DNA from: Eledone cirrhosa
Taxonomy: Eukaryota
Assembly (NCBI GenBank): GCA_964016885.1
Contig: OZ024740.1
Span: forward strand, 114,266,001 to 114,330,000
Direction of reading: 5' to 3'
DNA length: 64,000 bases
Positions 36,421-50,737 of this stretch are shown here, in pieces (the stretch's first letter is position 1; the number at the start of each line of letters is the position of its first letter). The translations under genes were made by a program, and so were the position numbers. The notes beneath the pieces were generated by a model, which saw nothing but the letters and a program-made list of their open reading frames with translations, ran no database searches and was not told where the DNA came from.

Positions 36421-38507
36421 TATATGAGTGTGTGTGTATGTATGTATTTTATAAGTGGGTGGGTGTGCGCTTGTTTATGTATGTATATACATATTGTGTA
36501 TAACGTTATTTTCAAAAAATCTGTAAATAAAAATGAAAGAAGAAACTAATTATGTTTTTTTTTATTTTTATTTTAATTTTATTTATTTCATTTTATTTGT
36601 TGTTTTTTGCGGGGGTCCTAGATGTTTCATGACAGCATATTCTCAGAAAAAAATATCGAACGAATGATTCCGTGCAGTCAATATTATGGTACGAGTTTTA
36701 CATGAATACATACAAATTTCTTTAAAGGACAAAATGATAAACATAGAAAACAAAAATAAAAAAGATTTGATGAATAAAATACAAACAAAAATGTAACATG
36801 TTTAAGGGTGCAAATGCTATTAAAGAATTTTGTCGCTCAGTAATGTACGAATAATTGAATAATAAAAAGAAGAAACATCGTAATATAATTACTATATTTC
36901 AATAAAAAAATTGCTATTTAGATATAAAGGGTGGAAATATTCTTGCTTTCAATATCCTAGCAGAAGAATTCACCTCACATCAAAAATAATCATGTCGCGG
37001 AAATGGCTAAGAAACATCAAATCTTAAATATGCGTACTTAATATTCCATATTGGGACATAAATATAAGTATTTGGAAATTCGGGAGTAACGATTAGGGTG
37101 TATGTTGCTACACAACTGAGTAATAAATTGTTTCTTGAAAGCGTAAATCTTGCACACGCATATACGAACATACGTTGAAATGAGAATTATATATAATTTC
37201 TAGGAAGCCTAAAAAGACAAAAAGAGACAAATCTGTTGTGAAAACTTATCTACATGATTTTGTTAATTGGCGTTCTTGAGTGTATATCACAGAACATGGT
37301 ATTTAACTGCAGATGAGTGTTTCTAATGATGGCGCCCATTATAGGTGCCGTATGCTTTCTTGTTCCGACGTTTAGGCATGCACATTCGAGAATTTCAGCG
37401 GATTTAACGAACCAAACAAGAGCTTTGGAAGTTGAAACATAAAGTGCAATACCAAATGTAGTTTCCTCGCAAACCTACATATAACTGATCCAAGCGATGC
37501 GGGCTTCGCACGACCGGAATTACCCTAATATTTCGAGGTGTTAAAATTATTCAATGATAACTCCAAAATGAGATAATTATATCGTGCTTTCATTTCTGAA
37601 AGTATTTGCTTTTTTCTTAGCAATATTCCTATGCACAAACTAGCCAACCCAGTGGACGATCTAGCTGTGATTGTCAACTTCCAGCAAATCCTTTACTCAC
37701 AGACACGTTCTTCAACTAAAACCGATACATTCACCTTACACGGGATCATACAAACTTCTAATATTCTATCGGAGAGAGAGACTGTGTCAGGCATTACCTT
37801 TCATATTTATCTAATACTAAATCACTCATAAATGTATGAGGTCGATTCTCCAAGATATAGTCATAATACAAACAATGATGAAAACTTTCCCCGGGAAACG
37901 AAGTACCAATTATTTTATCTACTAATTGGCATTGAGTTCAATGAAAAATATAAAAGTCCTGAATGGGAAAATAATATTTGTAACTGCCAAGAAATTTAGT
38001 AGCTAATTTTGAAAATTCGAATCACATTATTTCAGTACAATTTTCTAAGACGAAAACAATTAGCAAATTTAACTCGAAGATCTATTCTGTTATGTACAAC
38101 TGTTTTTATTTTGTTAAGAAAATTGATCTGGAGACCTTCGTTGAATTAATTATACAAAATATACATTTTCCGCGTAATTTTATTTCCTGTTTATAATTCA
38201 GATCCAGAAATACAAAATTCTAATACGTAGTTTGGTGAGAGCCAAATTACGATACAAATTTCAAGTTATAAATTCTGAAAAAATATTGTTTCTCAAAGAA
38301 CCCCATTTTACCTAACATCGAGCCAACTAGTGGAATTCTATGTGGTGGCTCACACACCAGAAATGGCAGGCAAGTATTTATAAAATATCATCCTACAGTC
38401 TTGAATAAGCTAAGTAAGTATGCATCGGATAATGTACTTGTATATACATCTAAAAGAAGTGTTGGTCATAGCTGTAATAACTTTGAAGTAGAAATGTTCG
38501 ATCAGAG

Positions 38508-38539
<32 letters not shown>

Positions 38540-38604
38540 TACATATACATAGTTATACACACATAACGCACACAGAGGCACAGACACACACATACACACG
38601 CGCG

Positions 38605-38734
<130 letters not shown>

Positions 38735-40012
38735 TATGTACGTCGCAGAAGGCTTGTCACGCAAACTCCTACTAAATCTTTATTAATCAACTATTTATTG
38801 TTTCAGTTTTATCTTACCAGACAACTGTATTTTTTCGTCTCTTATGCTTCAGGATTTGTTAATGGCTTCTAGACACGAAAGCTCAACTTGGTCAGCCATC
38901 ACAAGACTGCTGACAAAAGCTCTCATGTTAATAGATGCAGAGCAGATAGATAATTTGCTTAAGCAAATGGTGTTTAGATATTATCAGTTCAAATCCCATT
39001 CAGTCATAGTATAGTAATCATGACAGAGTAAAATAACGGTTGTGTCAGCAGGATTATAAAACTGTTTGAGCTATTTTGATCTTATAAATAACTTCAAATT
39101 AATGGGGTTTTTTTTCGTGGAATATATGATGTTAAGTCCCACAGTAGCAATGTGCTATATATATACACCTTAGCGTTCCGAACACCCTCAATACCAACCG
39201 CACCTCTTCATCTATCTTTCATATACATATACAATAATGATAAATGATGTATGTGGTTGACGCCTCTGACATCCTGGGTTGAATTCTAAAATGACTGTCA
39301 TTTTCTCATTTATCCTTTTGTAATTATACAAGAGTTTTGTAGCAGAATTTCGATTGACTTCGATGGGATCTTTAGATGATACTTCATTTCTGAAATTTTA
39401 TATTTATATTGAAAACGCAAGCAAAACGAACATACAGTTTTTAGTATATCCAATGAACAATTACTTATTTGACATAACGAATCATATACCTGGACGCCAA
39501 CGTAGTGTTGTAGGGAAATGGCACGTCGGTTGGCATGGAGTTACCATTTTCGGAGTGGGAGCTACACTATTCAAAGTAATATGGGAAAGAAATAATCTGC
39601 TACATATGGCGTTGGTATGTTTTTACGTTCATTACTTCAAAACGTGGTTTCGGGCTCGCAAAATGCTATGAGGGTCACAATAACAGGATCTTCAACATTC
39701 ACGCATTATGCGGGAATTTCCATCAGTTGTCTTTTCATCAAACATTGAAGCATTTTGATGACAATTCCAAGAGTTTAGGAGGTTTCCCATATTTACGATA
39801 TTGGATTGTGTGTCACTCCAACATTTTATGTTTACCACAATATTCTAGCTCATTCCCAGTCAGTGAAAACGATTTACCGCTGATGGTTTAAGGGGGATGC
39901 TCCTCTTATTGCACAAGCAATCCTGAACACATGTGAAGATTACAACAAATCCCAATAGATAATTCCAGATGGTATATAATAGGAATGCCATCGTTTAGTG
40001 TAAAATAAAATT

Positions 40013-40043
<31 letters not shown>

Positions 40044-40051
40044 TCAAATTA

Positions 40052-40138
<87 letters not shown>

Positions 40139-40145
<7 letters not shown>

Positions 40146-40268
40146 ATGGACGTGTAGTACTACAAGAGATTCCCTGGACAGAGTGATTTGCCAACTTTGG
40201 ATATAAAACTTGTTAAGAAATTTGCTCCTCTATCTATCTAAATCGCTTCATATATATATATCTATATC

Positions 40269-40311
<43 letters not shown>

Positions 40312-40994
40312 ATAATAATACATTTGAAGACTAAAATCCAAAGAGGGCTTGATAAGGATAAATATATATCAGATATATAAGAACCGTAGTGCAAATATTT
40401 ATTAAAATAACATATATATAGTATAAAATAACATATATATATATATAGTAACATATCTTTCAAATGTCTCATTTTTTTCATAACGAGAAGACCCTTAATT
40501 CACCTGTTAGTTAGTGAAATACACACCTTTCTTAAAAAACCCTTTCTGTAAGTTTATACAATTAGATGTCATTTTAAATAAGATATTTCATCTTAAAGAT
40601 CATGATGTGAGCATATGTGCCATTGTAGAGATGATAATTATACTTGCAATGAACAGATTATTTAATGAAATAATTTTTTTGTATAAACAGATTATTTAAT
40701 GAAATAATTTTTTTGTATAAACGATGCATTCGAGAGAAATTGGTGATAACACAGTTTTTGTAGGTATGCTTAAGTAATTAAACCAATCTAGCAACGCTTG
40801 TCTATTTTCCTATTGGTTAAGCTTACATTGCTTATCAAGATTCGTATTCAAGTTTGTAAATACGTTCGTAATATTTAGACCTAATTGTCTGGTTTGTCAT
40901 GAAATCATCCATCGGCACATGTTGAACAGGTTGGTTCTTAAGGTTAACGAAACCTAAGTAACCGGTATGGAGGCGTTATAGTGAGTAGACTTAA

Positions 40995-41038
<44 letters not shown>

Positions 41039-41291
41039 GATGTGTGTGTGTGAATGCGTGTGTGTATATGAATGTTTATATGAATATATATACCAATTTT
41101 GGTGAACTTCACATTTTCATCTGTCGAATACACGTGTTTCGCTAGGGAAGATATTATTTCGGCAGTTCGTCCGTTCAACATATTGTTATGGACGTGTAGT
41201 ACTACAAGAGATTCCCTGGACAGAGTGATTTGCCAAGTTTGGATATAAACCTTGTTAAGAAATTTGCTCCTCTATCTATCTATCACGCTTC

Positions 41292-41327
<36 letters not shown>

Positions 41328-41427
41328 ATAATAATAAATTTGAAGACTAAAATCAAAGAGGGCTTGATAAGGATAAATATATATCAGATATATTAGAACC
41401 GTAGAGCAAATATTTATTAAAATAACA
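40139..41427. repeat. ~250-bp direct repeat (40139-40412 / 41181-41427)
   Basis: Both begin TATTGTTATGGACGTGTAGTACTACAAGAGATTCCCTGG and share an internal TA tract. Confidence 0.9.
41122..41180 (-). ncRNA. Type I hammerhead ribozyme, U4G variant
   Basis: TGTTGAA-CGGACGA-ACTG..TAGC-GAAA-CACGTG-TA-TTCGACA; 7-bp stem I, palindromic stem III. Confidence 0.7.
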
Positions 41428-41513
41428 GATTAAAGTTTAAGCAAAGAATCGCTGCTTTCACTCTTAACGGGATCTTCTGGTGAAAGCACCGATTCTTTGC
41501 TTAAACTTTAATC
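41428..41513. repeat. Hairpin with 34-bp arms
   Basis: GATTAAAGTTTAAGCAAAGAATCG(C)TGCTTTCAC / GTGAAAGCA(C)CGATTCTTTGCTTAAACTTTAATC. Confidence 0.9.
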
Positions 41514-41522
41514 AGTTAATAA

Positions 41523-41560
<38 letters not shown>

Positions 41561-41851
41561 GTGTGTAAGTGTATGCACATATGCCGGTATGCATGCATAT
41601 ATGCTTATATGTATCTACGTATGTATGCATGGTTTTTGTACAAAGACAAAATACAATGAGTAGACCTTAGAAAAAGAAAATAGATCACATATTCTCCAGT
41701 TATCTGATATGTGTTATCTATAGTTCACTTTAAGTCATACATTTATGCATGATTTTGATATATTATGTAGACAGTAGGTGTCTTATGAAGAAAGCACATT
41801 TCCTTTTAAAAATCTTACAAACTTATGAAGCATATGGTATATATATGTATG

Positions 41852-41894
<43 letters not shown>

Positions 41895-43131
41895 CGCATG
41901 CACACACATATATATTTGTGTATGTGTGCATTTATTGTTAACGCTTTCTATCGATCTAAGATGTTTGTTATTTTTACAAATCGTTTTCTTATCTCGTTTT
42001 TTTTTATATTATATTTTCCCCCTTCAAGTGATTCTTTCGTCCTTCACGTAAAAACATATTATTTATATATTCTATATGACAGTAATGTTACCATATAGAA
42101 ATTGAGGAGGTCGAATATATTTTAGTCTGTAATATAAAATATTGATGGAGTTGGAGCTAAAGAAGACGAATAAGCAAGTGAATGGTTGAATGGATGATAT
42201 ACATGTAGTGGAAATCTTACAAAACTAAAGAAGACAGCAAGCAGCTTGATCGTTATATCCTGGAAAATAAGAAACGAGTAGAGTTGTAGTTATCGAGATA
42301 ATACTATATCCATATTCATTTCTAATTACTACTGTATTCCTGTCAAAACTCAATGACATGCTCTCAGCGATTCCTGTAACCACCCTTTGGCAATATTGCA
42401 TTCTTAATATCAATGATTGACATGGCGTCTCTGCATCATTTCCGAATATCTGCACAGTAATTTTAACGGTCCGATTTTACATCCTACATTCGCCATCTCA
42501 CCACCGTCTTTTCCACCTCACCATACGACTTCTTGTTTCATTCTACAACGAATGCACATTACCCTAGCTCCAACATTTCATGAGCATTGATATTGTTAAG
42601 TTTATTTTTTCTCATCTCAACCCACTCATGTTTAGCCGCCATCATTGTGCAAGTAAATTTAAACGGAAATAACGTTTTCATGCTACACGCATCTCTTCCC
42701 ATTGAAAGGTAAAGAATTTCGGATACGTTTCAAATTGAAATGTAATTAAATTGATGAAAAAAGCAAAAAGAAGTTAAAATAAACATACATTCAGAAGACC
42801 CAATTTAAATATATTCTCAACAATAAATATAGACAAAAACATTTATGGAAATACTTAAATGTAGGTTGTCATTTGCGGTTCTTTGTTTTCTTCTAATCCT
42901 TGTTTGAATATTAATGAATGCTGGTAGACGGTGTTAAGAGATTAAGAGCCATACATTATCAGTGGAAAATGTTTCTGAGTCGTAAATACAAAAAGAATGC
43001 AAAAAAAAGTAAATGCTTATTAATTCTAAAAGTTGGCTGACTTAATAATTTATAAGATAATGTTGAACATATCATTCTGATGAAGGTGCTCTTCACTACT
43101 GTATATGAGGGTATGTATATACATGTACGTG

Positions 43132-43410
43132 GTGGAGCCACGTGGCTTAGTGGTAAGGGTGATGGACTTACGATCATAATATCATGGGTTTGATTCCTTG
43201 GCTACGTGTTGTGTTCTTGAGCAAAACATTTCATTTCACGTTGCTCCAGTATACCTAACTGAAAATAAGTACTAACAATAGCTGAGAGTTTACCCGTGCG
43301 ATGGACTGGCGTCCTGTCGAGGGGGGGGGGTCTTGTATTTTCAGTCACTTCACACCATGTAACAGGGATAAGCACCAGCCAAATGAACCTTCTGGCTTAA
43401 GACAGACTTT
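43132..43410 (+). mobile_element. tRNA-derived CORE-like SINE
   Basis: A box TGGCTTAGTGG, B-box-like GGTTTGATTCC, TGTGTTCTTGAGCAAAACA..CACGTTGCTCCAG, 3' tail GCGATGGACTGGCGTCCTGTC. Confidence 0.8.
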
Positions 43411-44253
43411 AGACATTTTAGATATACATGTATGCATGAAAAAGCGCGTGTGGAATATGTCCTGTACGTGTCGCTATGTGTGTGTATTTGTATTTGTAAG
43501 CGTGTGTGTGAAACCGCTTATTCCTTTACTCAAGTTATAGCCGTGATGGCACACTACCTTGATTTAGTGGTTCAGAGCGACAGCAATACTTAATTTTTCA
43601 AATCTTGAAATAATTGTATCGATACCATTTTGTTGAAACGTTAAGTCACCGGAAATAAACACAACTCGGACACGCACATATACACACACATACACGTGCA
43701 CACACATACACGCACACATATGTATATATACACACATATATATATGTATATATATATATATACGTGTGTGTGTGTATGTGTGTGTGTATGAATTTGTGTG
43801 TGTGCATACAGGGTTGTGCAGCTTCTATAAACCACACTTCACTCAGAAGTTCAACCTGAGACAGCAGTAGAAAACACTTGATCAATTTACCGTGTAGCGC
43901 GACTGAACCAAGTATCAGGTGGTCCGCAATCAAACTCCTCCTGCCTGTATATATTATATATTTATGTATTCGTATGTACACACAAATACTCATACTCTCA
44001 CATACATACACACAGACACACACTGGTGATGCCGCAGTATGGCTTCAGACAGTCGGCTGGAAGAGCTAAATGTAAATATATATATATATTCCAGATCGGG
44101 CGACGCGTTATGTCCTTGAGCAAGACACTTTATTTCACGTTGCTCCTTCTACCTGGAGTTACGACCGATATATTGTATTAGCAATTGGAAAGACCAACGG
44201 AAGCATTGTTTCCTCGTCCTCGTACCGATTTGACGAAAGTCGATCGACTGACG

Positions 44254-44333
<80 letters not shown>

Positions 44334-44581
44334 GGTAATTCCGAAGGAACAGCAAAGGAAAGGAGAGTGCTCTATGTATAGAACAGAGCTATTTAATTAG
44401 AAATTGAATAAAACAAAATATAACTACTCCAATACCAAAGGTTCCTGGCTCCCAGATAAGATCCCTGTCTGACGACCGATCCAGATGTATATTAGCATTG
44501 TCTGTAATCCAGAAATCTGTGATCCATAAATGGAGTAGTTATATTTTGTGTTGTTCAATTTCTAATTAAATAAATAAATAA

Positions 44582-44657
<76 letters not shown>

Positions 44658-45256
44658 ATATATATAAGAAAACAACATATGCAACATGGAGCTACTCCAT
44701 ATTCTACAATATTACAAAATGCTACTCGACAGCCAGATCAAGCGGTATTTTCTGTAGGCACAAAGCCGCCACTAAATTCTCTAACTAGAAACCGAGACGA
44801 GCATGATTCGATCGGGCAATCTCACTATCCATACCAAAGCACCCCCGGATCTAAAACGTTTGGTCGGCTGGCGCCAACAAACCAACTATACTCATCCTTA
44901 CTATGATTGACTGTCAGTTGACCAATCGGATATCCAATCAATCGACGCTTCCTCAACTTTTTTGTATAGACACACCCTCTCATACATAGCACTACCATCA
45001 ATCTTCACCTCCATTAGGATAATACTTTTAAAATACACCAGTCTTAATCACCTGTCTGTTATCATTATCTTTCTATTTTTCATTTTATATTCCGCCGATT
45101 CATCGATTTAACCCACTTCACCCCACTGTATTTGGATGTCGCCACTACCCATTCATCCCATTTTATTACACTGACCAGTATTAACAATTGTTAATACTTT
45201 AAATAAACCCTATTGTAGAGCTAACCATCTCATTCCTCATTCTTTTACTATATATT

Positions 45257-45781
45257 CTAGGCGGGTAAAATTCCTGAGATCCATGAACGAGTTCTCTCCA
45301 GCGGTCTATGTCCCTCATTATCGCTGCCATGTCCTGCGTCTCCAACATGGTTAACATACGTTAACCATGAACTTCCTCTTCCAGTGTGTCCATGTAGAGG
45401 CTCCCACAGGAGCACTGAGTGCAATGTCAACTCTAGATGTCGGTGAGCATGTCCAGCTAACGTCAGTCTCCTCTGTGTCACTTTTGAGCTGACTTTTGGG
45501 AGGCTCCCATACAGCTCTGAGTTGTTCATCCTCAGTGTATACTGATTAATGTTCAGAGCCATCCTCAGCATTCCCGTGTATAACCCATCCACCATCTGAG
45601 TGAGTTTCTTGGTCAGTGTCCAAGTCTCAGACCCGTACAGCAACACAGACTCCACTACAGCAATGAAGAGGCGGATTTTCAGGTCTTTACGAAGCTCCGA
45701 CTTCCACACCGATCTCAAGCTGTGGCACGCTGCCCAGGCTTTGCTCTTCCTCTCAACCACGTCATCTTCTGTATTCCCAAT
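45257..45781 (-). pseudogene. RTE-type LINE ORF, C-terminal part
   Basis: KAWAAC..KIRLFIAVVESVLLYGSETWTL..LRMAL..RRLTLAGHAHR..LLWEP. Confidence 0.9.
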
Positions 45782-46174
45782 CTGATGGATGACACAGTTC
45801 TTTGAGATACTGCCTGGAGTGCTCCAGGGAGATACATTGGCTCCCTACCTTCTTATCATCGTAGTGGACTATTGTATGCGCCTTGCACTGGAGAAGCACC
45901 AGGATTCTGGCTTTACTGTAACACCGGCTCAGAGCAGAAGAGTTAAGGTGAAAAAGGTATCAGATGCTGAATTTGCCGACGACATAGTTTTGGTGACAAA
46001 TACAGTGAAGCAGGCAGAGGATTTGATTTCAGGGGGTTGAGACTGTGTCGATGAGTGTGGGGCTGAGAATGAATGGGACTAAAACAAGATATCTGGTAGA
46101 GAATGTTGAGAAGCCAGAGGGGATTATTAATATAGGCGGGAAGCCGCTGGAATTGGTTGAGGACTTCCTGTATT
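45782..46174 (+). pseudogene. RTE-type LINE RT core, inverted relative to its 3' part
   Basis: GVLQGDTLAPYLLIIVVDY, FADDI, frameshift near 46035, GLRMNGTKT, VEDFLY. Confidence 0.9.
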
Positions 46175-46289
46175 ACTATATATAAGGGCTTATGCCCGAA
46201 ACGTCACATCCCCCACTCTCACTAAGCGTTAATCTTATATCTTTTATAACTTGTACTCCTGCGTTATTGTTTCTTGCTGTTTTTTTTAC

Positions 46290-46351
<62 letters not shown>

Positions 46352-46790
46352 TGGAAATAACACGTGACAATGAAATGACTGAAGGGTGTCTATTGTAGCG
46401 GTTGCATTGAGTTACAGTTCACATCCGTTTGAGGCATAGAACAAAATACCTATCGATGAAGTGAATCCCCTATTCGATCATGGATACCCCAAGCTTACGT
46501 GTTACGTAAGTTGGATTGATGATTTCGGATTCATAGAAACATATTGGACGTATTGCAGAATATCGTTCGATTTGTCCAGGTCTGTTGTCTAACCTGATTA
46601 GTTTTTTTCATTGTTTTGGTATTGTATGGTTGGGTTTTGCTTGCCGCAATTTTCAATTTGTCAAGCTATTTAAACGTAATGTTATTACTCTGAGGACCTA
46701 CCGTTATTGAGTGGTTTGCTACTCATTCCTTATTGTAGGTCGACTTTGCTTGGCCGAGGCAAAGCTTCGATTTTACTAAGCTTCCACTTG

Positions 46791-47457
<667 letters not shown>

Positions 47458-47482
47458 TATATATATATATATATATGTGTGT

Positions 47483-47530
<48 letters not shown>

Positions 47531-47662
47531 TTATATATATATATATGTATAAGCAATGAGTTATTTAATATGTTGATTCTTCGACAAATTTAATTTATAA
47601 CAGATTAAAAGAACTCACGACATTAATTTCTTATCTGAATATGTCACTCTCAGTAAACCAAC

Positions 47663-47723
47663 TATTTTATCTGATGAGAACGTACCAAAATTGTGGTACT
47701 CTTGAAATATATATAATAAAATA
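47663..47723 (+). ncRNA. Type I hammerhead ribozyme
   Basis: TATTTTAT-CTGATGA-GAACGTACCA(AAATTG)TGGTACTCTT-GAAA-TATATA-TA-ATAAAATA; perfect 8-bp stem I. Confidence 0.85.
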
Positions 47724-47766
47724 AATATGGTGTTATAAAGATAGCTTCAATTTATTAATATTATTG

Positions 47767-47875
<109 letters not shown>

Positions 47876-48178
47876 TGAAGAATAACATGGACTGGCTGCA
47901 CAATAGGGTTTATTCAAAGTATTAACAAATGTTTCATAATTCTGGTGTGCCTAAAAACTGTTGTTCGTAAAATGCTACGTGACTCGATTTTAATTACAGT
48001 TGATACCCGACAAATCTTCAGACTATTGATTTGACAGCAACTGTCTTGAATGGGCCACCGGAACACCAGAACTTAGGAAACGTCTTGTTGAATCAAACAA
48101 CGCCGAACGTTAAAACTATCCTTGATACAGAGTACTCATAACCTCTACTTGAATTGCCTTAAACGATATTTCGTTACC

Positions 48179-48268
<90 letters not shown>

Positions 48269-48270
<2 letters not shown>

Positions 48271-48470
48271 AACGAGTAGGACCCCGACGGCTGAGCTCAA
48301 GCCGTTTCGACGGCTAATTCTGGACTAAAATTTAGTCCAGAATTAGCCGTCGAAACGGCTTGAGCTCAGCCGTCGGGTCCTACTCGTTCCCATTACCCAC
48401 TCTACTACCCTAAGTATTGAGTACTTTGGTGCGTTATGGTCCATCTGGTTCCGTACCACATTTCCTTCGT

Positions 48471-48471
<1 letters not shown>
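48269..48471 (+). mobile_element. Short (TA)n-anchored palindromic element
   Basis: ~60-bp near-perfect arms centred on GGACTAAAATTTAGTCC, plus the shared tail. Confidence 0.88.
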
Positions 48472-48501
<30 letters not shown>

Positions 48502-48889
48502 TATATATATATAATTATTTCTACTTTAGGCACAAGGCCAGCAAATACCCAGTGCATTACTGGTACTTTATTTTATCGACCCCGTAAGCATGAAAGGCAA
48601 AGTCAACTAAATAGATGCAGTTTTTTAAAGAATTCCATCATTTGCTATTCATTATTATCTCCAGGAAGGTGTCAGTGTAGAAGTTGAACTGGCCAATGGA
48701 ACCTGCACCTACGGAATTTTGAGCTGTAGACATACTCGCTACCAGCAATCTTCCTTTGAGTACAAGATTCCATAGGTAATTTGCCTTTAAAAATTCCGTT
48801 TACAACAACATCTACATCATTTATCACTATTAAAACTGTTAATGAATATCTCTGTGTAACTGGGAGAAATAGTAAAAAGCAATAATACA

Positions 48890-48992
<103 letters not shown>

Positions 48993-49025
48993 GTGCAGAC
49001 ACACCTATATATATATATATACATT

Positions 49026-49068
<43 letters not shown>

Positions 49069-49537
49069 ATATATATTCCTGTTAAGAAACATGGAAATAA
49101 GCAAGTACTTATATATAAAAAAGAAACATAAAAACCAATCTAATATACATATTTTGCATCATACACCATAACATGCATAAGGGTTTGCGATTCAGCAAGG
49201 AACATTAAGAAGAAATTACCTTCGTTGAAAATGTGAACTCTGATAGGAAAAATTCTTGAAACTGTTGAATTCCGTCTCCCCACAACATATGTATGTCATC
49301 AACAGAGGTAAAGCAACAAAGTTATTTGACTTGGCATTTATATTCTCATAATGACCTGACTGGTATTTGGTTATTTGCGTTGGAGTGTTGGAGGCATGAA
49401 CATATCACATTTGTCTGTAGAAAGAAGGTTTCGGTATAGAATTGTTTGGGTATAGCAGCAGGTATATATACAGATGTATAAACAGATTTGTGTGAATATA
49501 TATGTATATATATATATATATATATACATATGTGTGT

Positions 49538-49594
<57 letters not shown>

Positions 49595-49628
49595 CCTGGG
49601 TGTTCTTGCGTGTGTACGTGTATGTACT

Positions 49629-49767
<139 letters not shown>

Positions 49768-49929
49768 CGTCTGCGTTTCTCTGAATGTAAAATACATGTA
49801 CCCATATTTGTGAACTACATATATAAGCGTATGTCTGAATCACATCCCTGCCTATATATCTCTCTACCTATATATATGTATAACAAATTCAGATGATAGA
49901 CAAGATTCACACGCACACACTCAGACGCA

Positions 49930-50014
<85 letters not shown>

Positions 50015-50627
50015 AGAGGGAGAGAGAGAGATATTGATAGGATAGATACGTCAAGAATATACTGGTTGTAGACATATGTGTCAAATCATATTTACACACA
50101 TGCAATCTCCCCATGCACAGACAAATTTGTAATCGAACGACCAGGTTTATTTCGAATTAGTAAGATAAATGAGCATGACTTCAATATTTATATATATTAT
50201 TAACTTTTGTTGCTGTTTAAGACTTCAGTTGAAATTCCCTTAAAATCTACTTTGATTTCATTACTCCCGTGTGTGATATAGTAAAGTAACGTTCCAGTAA
50301 CAGAGGCGATATAAACAAGAGCGGCATTCTCCTATACGTGAGGCCTTGTGCGTCGGTGTGATACTAATATTTCAACTAGAAAACCTTCAGTTAAGAAGGA
50401 TACATACTGATCATTTATACACGTGAGTTAAAGAGACACAATTCAATGTCTTGTTTTTTCGGGGCAAAATGTACAGCTCAATTTCTTATCTTCATCCACA
50501 AATAATTTCCAGATGTTGGCATCTGAATCATATTAGTGAAATTGATTATCCGTATTTCATGTTATTTGAGTAATACAGAATATCTGATACATGTTGATAT
50601 ATGTGTTTATATATATATATATATGTA

Positions 50628-50737
<110 letters not shown>

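Noticed and set aside
39680-39900. Possible ancient LINE RT fragment on the minus strand (KYGKPPKLL)
   Set aside because: Only one weak motif amid many stops; cannot be supported without a profile search
44391-44571. 41-bp inverted repeat enclosing CTGACGA..GAAA..ATC
   Set aside because: The inverted repeat is real, but stem I does not pair, so no ribozyme call is made
46186-46210. AGGGCTTATGCCCGAAACGTC, 3' half of a minimal PLE hammerhead
   Set aside because: Core and 5' stem I are missing (truncated at TATATA); vestige only
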